Shown here: positions 40,624 to 50,980 of the stretch, in pieces
Position numbering within the stretch: the first letter of the stretch is position 1
Layout: every line of letters starts with the position of its first letter
From: Utricularia gibba
Taxonomy: Eukaryota; Plantae; Magnoliophyta
Assembly (NCBI GenBank): GCA_002189035.1
Contig: NEEC01000008.1
Coordinates: 3,100,001 to 3,164,000, forward strand
Reading direction: 5' to 3'
Length of the DNA: 64,000 nucleotides
Made by a program: the position numbers and the translations under genes
The notes under the pieces: generated by a model
Databases searched by the model: none
What the model saw: only the letters and a program-made list of their open reading frames with translations
Told to the model about the DNA's origin: nothing

Positions 40624-42873
40624 ATGGAAGAGGATCGGGGAATAGTATCTGCTTATTACTCTGCGCTCTGTCTTTTGCAGCTTCTCCAATCCATGCAGGC
40701 GCACCACAAATATAATCTACTAGCAGTTGATCTAAAGCAGATCTGTGATTTTGAAGACAAGATTCGTTCTTGGATGAAGTTACTGGACAGCCTCAAGTCC
40801 AGGGATGTGACTCGAGAGGTAAGAGACATGTCTCAAAGATTCAGCCAGTATGTCTTCAAGTGGAGTGATATCCTTGATTATCATGTTGTTGATCAAAAAG
40901 TGCATGATATTCATCTTGTTGGGGATGAATTTTGCAAAGCCATGTTTGATATCAATCGAGATATTGATCTTTTGAGTGAAGAACTAAAGTTGATCACACT
41001 CCAATCAGCAAGCATTCCGGAAGAATCATCAAGCTACTCGAGGAGTACCAAGGAGGAAGTGGATCATTTTCCATATAAGAAGACAAAAGAAGCAACTCTA
41101 GTGGGAATTGAGCATCCCCTTCAAATGATAAAGGAGGAACTTGTGAATGGGGTCAAAGATCGACAAGTCATAGCGATCGTTGGTATGGGCGGTAGTGGTA
41201 AAACGGCTTTAGCACGGAAAGTTTATGACGGTCTTTCAGCGACTAGGAAGTACTTCGACGAATGCTATTGGGTCACTGTTTCTCAAGAATATGATCTACG
41301 AAAAATACTTCAAGAGATGTTAGATGATAAAAAAACTCAAGAGGTAAGAGATCTGGGGACTATGTTACATCAGAAGCTTTTCGATCATAGATACTTGATC
41401 GTATTGGATGATTTATGGGATCGTCATGCTTGGGAAGAATTAGTAGTACACTTTCCTAATAGGAATAACAGAAGTCGGATTATTGTGACCACAAGGGAGT
41501 TAAGTGTTGCTGAATCTCTTTCCCCTGCACTTATTCACCAAATAGATTTTTTAGATAAAGAGGCAAGTTGGGAATTATTGTCTGAAAAAGTAGCATGTGT
41601 GATTAAGAGGCAAGTGGATTTATTAGATTATTTGCCTAATCAGGATGAGGAGGACATCGTGTTGGAACAATTAATTGGTATACGTCACAGGATGATGCTT
41701 TGGTTTGAGCGTTTTTTGTCCAAATCGATCAAGAGATTGGGAATGTGTGATTGTTACTTCTTAGAGCCAATCCGAAGTGCTATTCGGGATATGCCTAATC
41801 TCGAGCATTTGGCTCTCCAACTTCGCTTCTATGAAACCCCCATAGTAGTAGGATCACATAGTTTGAGATACTTGGGGATTTCTTACTATCACGAGAATCG
41901 TCGGCTTGAGATTGATTGCCCTCGACTTGAAAGGGTTTGGATTCGCAATGTTTATGTTGGTAATGATGCATCCATTCATCTTCGTGATGATTCATCCTTG
42001 CAGTCCATCAGATTGGAAGGTTGTGGAGAGTCTACTGTCGAATGGGCGATGGAAATATTGGAGAAGAAGCGGAGTTTGGGGGATAACAACTTTTATGTGG
42101 AGATGGATGGAAGGATGCAGTTTGATTGGTCAAAGAGAGTTTGGAAGATTTGTAGACCTTCTATGCTTTTCTTTAGAGAAGGATTGGAAGATGAAGAGCT
42201 TCCATTGCTTGAAATGATGATGTGTACACAACTATATGAAAGGCGTAATTACAAAGAGGTAATCAAGTATCTAAGTGGATTTCACCGGCACCGAGAGCTC
42301 TTTTTCCTCTTCGAGAAATTGGAGCGTGGAAGACCTGAGCCCAAATGGTATTCTAATGCTGCAGTCCGATTTCCAAATCTGAAGGTCATGTGGATCTGCA
42401 CGGCATGGGATGGATTGCCTCTCCCAAGTCTGCTCAAGAAATTGTATCTCAAAGACAATTTAATTGATGAAACTCGGACGAGAACTATTATGGAGCTGCA
42501 CAATCTCGAGGTGCTGAAATTGTGGAGTTGCACATTTGAAAATAAGGAATGGTGCAATCTGTCCCAAGGAAAATTTACCAAACTGAAAGAATTAAGGATT
42601 CATTATCCATGTGGTCTCAAGTCCTTGAAAGTGGAAAAAGAGCAATTTCCCCAGCTACTAAGTCTTCAAATAAGTGGGAGGAGCAATATCTGTGAGATTA
42701 CATGCAATATTACAACGCTATCGTCAATTCAGTTAAGGCATTGCAGAGCCTCGACCATTATAGCAGCCAAGAAAATATTAAGAGAAAGGAGGTATGATTG
42801 GGCAGATGAGGACTTCTATGTCATGGTTGGTGATAAATTGTTGACATTGGAGGAAGAAGAAGAAGAAGAAGAA

Positions 42874-42905
<32 letters not shown>

Positions 42906-42945
42906 AGAGGAAGAGGATGCAGATTCCTGCTCAGAGGAGCCCTGA
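40624..42945 (+). CDS. CC-NB-LRR copy 4: open reading frame with an in-frame deletion of the ARC1/ARC2 region and a C-terminal poly-Glu tract
   Basis: Uninterrupted ORF with P-loop, kinase-2 and RNBS-B. At about 41600 ELLSEKVAC jumps to LLDYLPNQDEED (copy 2 about 33130 to 34076), losing GLPL, RNBS-D and MHD. Confidence 0.8.
42850..42916 (+). repeat. (GAA/GAG)n trinucleotide repeat encoding about 22 Glu in NLR copy 4
   Basis: Seen directly in the sequence and in the ORF translation. Confidence 0.95.
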
Positions 42946-43269
42946 TGGGTTTGCAGTGTTAAAAACAATGATGATGAGCATGGAAGGATGCGATGGAGAT
43001 GGGCGTGACTACAATGATGTAATACCACAAGAAGACAGCAAATGGAGTAGTTGATCATCTTTGGCAAAGGCAGGCAGCGTGTGAAGCCAGATCTATATAA
43101 TACATGAAAATAAAAATAAAAGAAGATAAATAAATAATCACAATCACAATCTAGTGCTTACATGCAAACTATATAATACAAGTATCATTATTTTTATATA
43201 ATGTATATCAATAAAAATTCTTAATAAGGAGAATAAAGAACTCAATCAAACTCAACGAACGTTTGGAAT

Positions 43270-43830
43270 TTTCTATTGCTTGAAATGAGTCCGTACCAAT
43301 TATTTGTGTGAACATTTTTTCAAACACATGTGGCTGCTGTTTGTTGATAAGGTAGAAAAAGACGAATATTGGAGAGCGGGAGCTTCCTCTTGACTCAATC
43401 ATTCACAGACGCTGCATTGCTTGAAATGATGATGATGGGTATGCAAAGATATGATGCGGGAAGGAATAATTACAGTGATGTAATCGAGTATCAAAGCAGA
43501 TTTGACAAAGCACAGCAACAAGAACGCTCGTTCCTCCTTCCTCCAAACCCAAGATTCCATCCTGCATCTAAACTCTTTCATCCAAATCTGAAGGTCATAA
43601 GAATGAGGGCGGCATGGGATGGATCCCCCCTCCCAAGTTTGCTCAAGAAATTGAATCTCTGTGGCACTTTATTATTGAGTTGTGCAATCTCGAGGAGCTG
43701 CGATTCTCGGTTGCACATTTGTGAATGAGGAATGGTGCAATCTGTCCCCAGGGCGATTTAGCAAACTGAAAAAGTTGGAGATCAATCGTCCAGATGCTCT
43801 CAAGTATTTGAAGGTGGGAGCAGAGCAAAA
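43270..43830 (+). pseudogene. NLR fragment 5: upstream/promoter homology fused directly to a linker-LRR module
   Basis: 43270-43414 matches the region upstream of copies 2 and 3 (ccaattatttgtg...caatcattcacagacgctgc). It then runs straight into LLEMMMM...YSDVIEY...PNLKVIRMRAAWDGSPLPSLLKKL, with later frameshifts. Confidence 0.8.
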
Positions 43831-45104
43831 TCCATGGGAAAATGATAGGACATGATTTTGTTATCAATTTACGTATTATTGAATGATATGTTTCATTTGG
43901 TGAAAGTTATATATAGGAAAATGTTTTAATAGAAATATATGAATAAGACATCAATATGTTTTATTAAAGAGATGTTTTGAAAAAAATATTTTTGATTAAT
44001 AAATTGAAAGTGATATAAAAATATTTTAGAGAAACTTATTTTGATGTAAAGATGATGATACTGTATTTATTAAATTTATAACATCAAGCCCAACAAAATT
44101 ATAAAGAGAAAAAAAGTTGGAAAACATAAAAAGCACCATTATTTTAAATCAAATGGAAAATCAATAATAAAAAGGGTTGAAAATGCAATTAAATAAATTG
44201 AGAAAAAAGATCACTTAATATAACATAAAAACAAAATTATCTTATTTATCTACATCCATCAAGTACTCCCAAGATGAATGCTTTCGGTTTCCATTTCCTT
44301 TACAAAGCGATCACATTGCTGAAGGTGCATTTCAATTGATCGGCGCTACACTAGAAATTAAGCAGTTGCCGGCGATGGCGACGGCAAACGGATCGGATGC
44401 TGCTTCACAACTCCGCATCTGGGTCATTGTAATCGCCATCATCATCATCTTTTTCTTGTAGCTTCAACTGCTTATTTTGGAGGTCAACGTAGAAATCTTT
44501 GTCTCCCCAATCAAGGCTCTGCAGGATCGTATTTGAATCCTCGACAGCGTTGAGATGCCGTGAATATCATCATGAGAGATCCTCATTGTTTGGGAGCTGT
44601 CTACTCCAAGAGTTTGGAGTTGGGGGAATCACTCTTCTCCCACTCTAAAGTACTTGAACGTAGTACACACAGTAAACTTCAAGTGCTTCAGTTTGCTGAA
44701 TTCCACTTCCGAGAGACTACAGGATTCCTCATTTTCAAATGCGCGGTTGAAGGATATCATCTCCTCGAGATGGTGAAACTTCATAAGAGTCTTCGTTTGA
44801 GAGTCATTGATCAGAGCTTCATGGGGAAGATAATTACATATATGACCTAAAAATTATAAATTTAGAATATACCGAACTTAAAAATTTTCATAACGAGGCA
44901 TAACGAACCCATAAAGTTTCATGAATGGACATATTTGACCCATAAGTTTGATGAATTGACATATTTGACCTACGAATTTTTGTTACTGTAGAATACATCC
45001 ATTGAATAATGATAAACTTAACTTGATAAAATTTTAATTTTGGCATATTTGACCCAAATAATTTACCGATTTAGCATATTTGACCTACATAATTGAACCC
45101 GGTT

Positions 45105-45885
45105 TTATCAGCGCTCAATCCTTACGCGTGATTTGGATCAAGCGCTAATAATAAGCCACACGGATCAGCACTCGATCCTTACGCGCGATTAGATCGAGCA
45201 CTGATAAACCAATATCAGCGCTCGATCCTTATGCGCGATTAGGATCACACGCTAATAAAATGTAAAGCCACACGGGCGTGGTTTACGCATAAGCCACGCA
45301 TGTGTAGCTTTTTTTCAGCGCTCGATCCGAATCATGCGATTAGGATCGAGCGCTAATAACATGTAAAGCTACATGGGCGTGGTTTACGCATAAGCGACGC
45401 CTGTGTGGCCTTTTTTTCAGCACTCGAACCTTAAGTGCAATTAGGATCGAGCGCTCATAAAATGTTAGTCACTCGTGGCTTTTTATTAGCGCTTGATCCT
45501 TACACGCGATTCGGATCAATTGCTGATAAACCTGTAAGCCACATGGACGTGGTTTACACATAACGTGTGATCAGCACTTGATCCTTACACGCGATTCGGA
45601 TCGAGCGCTGATTAAAAGGCCACACGGGCGTCGTTTACGCATAAGCCACGCCCATGTGGCCTTTTTATCCGCGCTCGATCCTTACGCGCGATGTGGATCA
45701 AGTGCTGATAAACTTGTAAGCCACACAGGCGTGGATTACGCATAAGCCACGCCCGTGTGGCCTTGTCGCACTGCTGGGTGTGTATACAGGCGTGGTTTAT
45801 GCGTAAATCACGTCCGTATGCACACCCAGCAGCGCGACAAGGCCTTACGAACGTGGTTTATGCGTAAACCACACCCATGTGGAAT
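45105..45885. repeat. Internal array of alternating GC-rich palindromic modules A (about 45 bp, about 8 copies) and B (about 44 bp, about 5-7 copies)
   Basis: A: ATCAGCGCTCGATCC-ttacgcgcgattc-GGATCGAGCGCTGAT. B: GCCACACGGGCGTGGTTTA-cgca-TAAGCCACGCCCRTGTGGC. Confidence 0.9.
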
Positions 45886-46139
45886 TGTCATGTGTACACG
45901 ATCTAAGTTGCTCCTAATGGTTGAACGTAAGAGTGAGCGTTCACAAATCTCCGAAGAGCTCAAAAAAGCCCCAGGGACACTGTCCATGAAAAAATCCAGA
46001 GCCAATCCACATCGAATGAAACCTGGCGAAAAAGAAGATTTAATATTGATTGAGGGTTGATGAAGTTGAGAAAAGGTTGACAGGTATACCCTGGATGAGT
46101 ATTTAATACGTATACGTAAAATAAGATTTAAAAGAAATG

Positions 46140-46440
46140 AATATTCACTCGATCCAAAATGTACCTAAGGATTGAATGTTAATAAAAGTATTAAAATAAA
46201 AAATATATGCTCGATCCGAATTATATTTAAGGATCGAATGCTAATAAAAATATTATAATAATAAATACATGCTTGATCCGAATCATACTTAAGGGTCGAA
46301 TGCGAATAAAAATATTAAAATAAAAAATATGTAGTCGATTCCAATCATAATCAAGAATCAAATACTAATTAAAATGATTAGAATAAAAATACATACTCCA
46401 TCCAAAATATAACTCAACATCGAATGCTAATAAAATTAAA
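46140..46440. repeat. About 60-bp AT-rich tandem repeat x5 derived from module A
   Basis: Units such as tgctcgatccgaattatatttaaggatcgaatgctaataaaaatatt. Confidence 0.75.
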
Positions 46441-47690
46441 AACTAAAAAACTTTCATATTTATTATATGGTTTAATAAATAACATATTTACATTATTTAT
46501 ATTTTAAGAAACATATATCATATGTTTATAAAAATATTTTTTTTGTAATTCTTGCATTTGTCATGTTATCGTATGTTTAAAAATAAATCTAATGTATAAA
46601 AATACTGATAATAATCTTAAGTTCACTTTGCAACAACATCACGGGTTCGAATTTTAGTGGGTTGACACGATGAATATTCGGATTGACTGCTATTCCCATG
46701 TCTACAGGCACTTATTTATCAATATTTATTTCAAAAAGTATTGAATTTATTTAAAATTTTGAAAAACTTTATAGGTTATTTATGTCCATTCGATAAACTT
46801 ATTGGGTTAATTATGTTAATTTGTCACACTTTATGGGTTAAATATGCGGATTTAACGAATCTTAAGGGTCAACAATGTCAGATTATTAAACTGTAAAGGT
46901 CAAATATGCCAAATTATTGGGTTGAATATATCAACTGAATACTAAACATGTGACCAACATTAAACTTATTGAGTCAAACAGACTCCGTTGTAAACTTTTA
47001 TAACTTTTCGTTGGGTCAAATATGCCCCGTTATAATATTTTATGGGTTAATAGTATCAAAATTGAATTTTTTATAGGTCAAATATGTCATGCAATAAATT
47101 TTTTACAGATCAAATATATCATTTTGTAAATATTTTGGGTCATATATACTGAACCAGTACTGGTTCAGGTCAAATATGTTAAACCGGTTATTTTGTTATG
47201 GGTCAAAAATACTAAAATTTCAAAATTTTAGGTCATAAATGTCAACACCCCCTTCATGGGTAGTAATCTATTGAGCGAACTCGAGAGTAGAGTTGCAATC
47301 GATTCCAAACCAACTGGTTTTGATTTGTAACCAAATGATTTTTTCGAACAAATCGACAGTTTGCTGTTGATTTCAATTCAAGTTTCAGATTTTAAAACTT
47401 TGAATTGAATCGAAAGTGAAATCGTAACTGAACTATTTTTTTTATAAATTAATTTTCAGATATAATTTATAGCATTTATAGCATGTTATATATTATATAA
47501 ATAAATACTTGATATTTTCAAAAATTACCAAACGCAACAATGAAAAATCCAATGGGGAGAACAAATTCATGGCGTCAGCGCACCATGCAGCAACATACAT
47601 TTCAACAGGAAAGTGACGAATGGAATAGCACAAGGAATTCTTGGGGCTCCCTTGGTCCAACAATGGCCAAGATGCAGGTGAATGTGTAGT

Positions 47691-50028
47691 TCAGTTTGGT
47701 ACGAATGTTCCCACGTACCCAACTCCGACGACGAAGAAAGCTCCCGCCTGGAGTAAGAGGTAGATGAAGAAGTGGTTTTTCCCGTACAGGATGTTGTAGA
47801 CTGCGCAGTGAAGGAGGTACATTCCAACCACAACTTCAAAAACTTGTATCCTGCATCACAAAGAATTCATCGACTCATTTGCTCCCTGAATAAAAATTGT
47901 GTTCTTTGCATGACAGGTGTTTGTTGAATGTTGTGAGAAACAAACCCATCACTTGCCTTTCTCTCAAACGTGATCTTGGTTTCTTGGCTGGTTTGATATC
48001 GTTCTTTCGCTTCATCGTGTTTCCGAGCTTCTCGGTAACAACCCACTCGTTGGCACGGTTTGCTTCGAGGAGCCCGATTATTGCTGCCTTTGATCTATGG
48101 AGGGACATGACATTCTCAAATAGTATCCAGAATACAAGAAGATGAAGGGATCTGCAACATAAGGTTAGCGTGAATTCCCAGCAGTTGATTTGAATGAATG
48201 ATTTTTGTGTACTTTGGAAATTCCGTACCTCAGTGTGGAACCTGCGTTGAGAAGGGTAATGGCTGCCGGGAGATAAATAGCTAATGGCTTTGAGAGATGG
48301 ACTTCAGGAACTAGGATCGTTGCTGGGATTACTATGCAGTAAAAGAAAAAGGTAACCCAATGTGCAATTATCTTCCTGACGAAGAAGAATGCATACAGCA
48401 CATGCCATTTCTTCCATATTGATACACGCTGCATTTATTTCAGAAAAACAAGTGCTGAATTGGGAAGGCACAATTGTTACTGGTGAATAAATAAGCAAAC
48501 AAAGCATATTTCTACCTCACAAGTAATGATCTCTCTGAACATTTTCCGGAAGAGGTTAGCTGGCCCACAAGACCAACGATGCTGTTGGTATCTGTATGCC
48601 TTAAATGTGCTGGGTAGTTCATTTTTCACCTGATAAGGAACCATTTTCCAATTATTTTATCTCTGAAAAAAAAACATTTCAAAGACAGCATCATGTTTTA
48701 AATACTTACTGATAGATCACCCACGAAGAGGAATTTCCAGCCTTTGAGGCTTGCCCTGACCGCAAGATCCATATCCTCTACTGTAGTTCTATCTTTCCAT
48801 CCTCCAGCATCAGTCAGGGCTTTTATCCGCCACACCCCTGCAGTACCTGCTATCACTACAGAACTGCAAATTAGTTGTTTAGTTCATTGTAACTGGGCAA
48901 ATCAAGAATTTAGATGACCATTGAATCCAAAGAATGAACATGTGGAAGAGCCCACTTCTTGCTCAACGCTGAAATGGTAGTCCAGTGACATCTGCTGAAG
49001 CCGAGTCATCAAGCATTCATCTGCATTAACTGAAATTTAGAAACTGTAAGTCCCTTTTACTTATCTGAGCTTCTTACGTTCATGATCACATTTAGAAAAC
49101 ATCCATTTTTATTTACTTCCATGGTAGAATAGGAAATTTCCTATGATTGAAGTCTGTATTCCTTCTCTTTACCAAATTTCCACCTGGCTTGAACCAAAGC
49201 CAACTCAGGATTTTCCAGCAGGTACGGGACTGTTCTCCAGATGAAGTCCTCTTCTGGCTGGAAGTCTGCGTCAAATATGATAACAAACTCACAATCTTCA
49301 ACATAATGCTTCTTGAGGCCCTCTCGAAGTGCTCCTGCCTTGTATCCATTCCTGTTGTTTCTGGTCTCGTACTTGATGTTAACCCCCTTCTCAACCCACT
49401 TTTTGCATTCCATCTCAACCATTACCTGCACATAAACTTTATAAGCATTCCGCAGCCCCATAAATATCTTGAAAATATTATCTTGGAATTTGAAGCTATA
49501 CCCTTAAGAGCTCATTCGTTGAGTCATCCAGAACCTGCACTATCAGCCTATCTGATGGCCATGAGAGCCCAGATACTGATCCTATAGATAGCTTATAAAC
49601 CTGTGAAACATATTCAATTTGAGTTTACCGAAGTAGAAAATTAAAAACTTTCTCTATTCATGCGTCTTTGTATTGTATGCAGGATGCATAGCAGATACTG
49701 AAAATGTGTTTACCTCCTTCTCGTTAAACATTGGGATTTGAACCAGAACTTTTGGATAGTTTTTGTTCTTCTCTAAATCCTCCTTGATTGCATCAAGCTG
49801 ATACTTGGTGTATCTTTTCTGTCCCAGGAGCTTCACGGTGAGAATCACTACTGCCATATACACCCTTTCTATGAACAGCATGACTGACATGCATATGCAT
49901 ATGAAAACTGCACATCGCAGCAGAGGAACAATAATTGGACCTCGGATACCGTCCCAAGAAAAAATATGATTCAATGTCGGATCAGAGGTGCTATTCACTT
50001 GATTCCCACGTACCACTAAGCTTCTCAT
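47691..50028 (-). CDS. CSLA: Cellulose synthase-like A (glucomannan 4-beta-mannosyltransferase, GT2), multi-exon
   Basis: [15 protein letters not shown]|[52 protein letters not shown]-terminal GYVGTFVPN*. Confidence 0.94.
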
Positions 50029-50980
50029 GGTGAATTGAGAAGCAGAAAAATGGAGACAGAATGGGGAAATAGATGTTTTATAAGGATAGTCTTTGCAACT
50101 CAAGTCTTCCCCTAAAATAGGCATGGTGGAAACAGCAGAATCACAACTTTATTTTCTCAACACGAAGGTAATGAGAAAGAAGTTGCGGTGTATTAAACTA
50201 TGGAGATGTTGCGTAAGAGTATATAAGGAAGGGACTCACATTGACAAGACACACGGTATCCATGCAGCTGGAGTTGTTGCAACGTAGCAGCTGCTAGCTG
50301 TGGATTCAGATCATGCCAACACCAAGGTAGTTGAGGAAGGCTGTTGTTTTGCTATATCATCAATTTATGGCTAACATCATTGTTGCAGGGTGGCAAGGAG
50401 GGCTTTTGTCTTATGATGTGCAGTGGGTTGCGTCAGGTAAATTGGTTGTTTGACCACTTTACCGGTTTTTGCTATGCCTTTTCTCGCAATTTATGCCCTT
50501 TTGGGTCTGATTCCATGCTTTGGTGAAACATTTGGACGTCAACAGGTGGCAGACCAGGCGTGAACCAGACGGTTATGATAGCAATACTACCCTGAGTAGT
50601 TCTTCCGATCCCGATCATCTTCCTCATCGCTCGTTATCTATAGACGACTCACCGAATCAGCAGTAAAAGAAGAAGTCGAACCTGAAGAGGGAAGAAGGTA
50701 AAAGTTCGAAGTTGTATGGGGGTAAGAGCGTACCGTTAGAAACTTCTGTCGTCTTCAGAAGAACAAGTGGCAGAATTCCAGAAAGGAATTAGGGGTTAGC
50801 ATTTGGACTTTTATGGGCTTTATATAGGGGCTCAAGATTTGATATACGCGAGCCCATCTGCCACAACGACGTCGTATACGGAATTCTCACGAATTATAAG
50901 CCTTGCCGCGTCTAGGGTTCCACTGTTCTCAATCGGAGAAGCTTTGCAAAATTCCAGTTCCTGGCTCGGGGGCAGAAGCC

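Larger units (their letters stand above)
35880..44220 (+). repeat. Duplicated non-coding flanks marking the tandem NLR units: about 35880-36560, 39445-40020 and 43850-44220 (3' flank type B); 30400-30760 vs 42915-43220 (type A); 30880-31015 vs 37530-37703; 31720-32130 vs 37720-38130
   Basis: Shared strings, e.g. aaaatgttttaatagaaatata...aaagagatgttttgaaaaaaa; aataaaaataaaaagaagataaataaataatcacaatcacaatct; tgcacttggaaacctattggataaatg. Confidence 0.85.
44826..47251. mobile_element. Non-autonomous Mutator-like (foldback-type) DNA transposon, about 2.43 kb
   Basis: Perfect 9-bp direct repeat CTTCATGGG at 44817-44825 and 47252-47260. Inverted termini (acatatatgacctaaaaatt vs the reverse complement of aattttaggtcataaatgt). 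Subterminal ATATTTGACC x4 on the left and GGTCAAATAT x4 on the right. No transposase ORF. Confidence 0.9.

Noticed and set aside
45105-45885. Palindromic repeat array superficially resembling a CRISPR array
   Set aside because: Plant nuclear context, no unique spacers (two modules alternate), no cas genes, and it lies inside a TSD-bounded transposon.
45755-46060. 101-aa ORF within the MULE
   Set aside because: Mostly translation of palindromic repeats; no transposase or other known motif.
50300-50512. Box C/D-like motifs (ATGATG...CTGA) on both strands upstream of CSLA
   Set aside because: No terminal stem or recognisable rRNA-complementary guide; such short motifs arise by chance.
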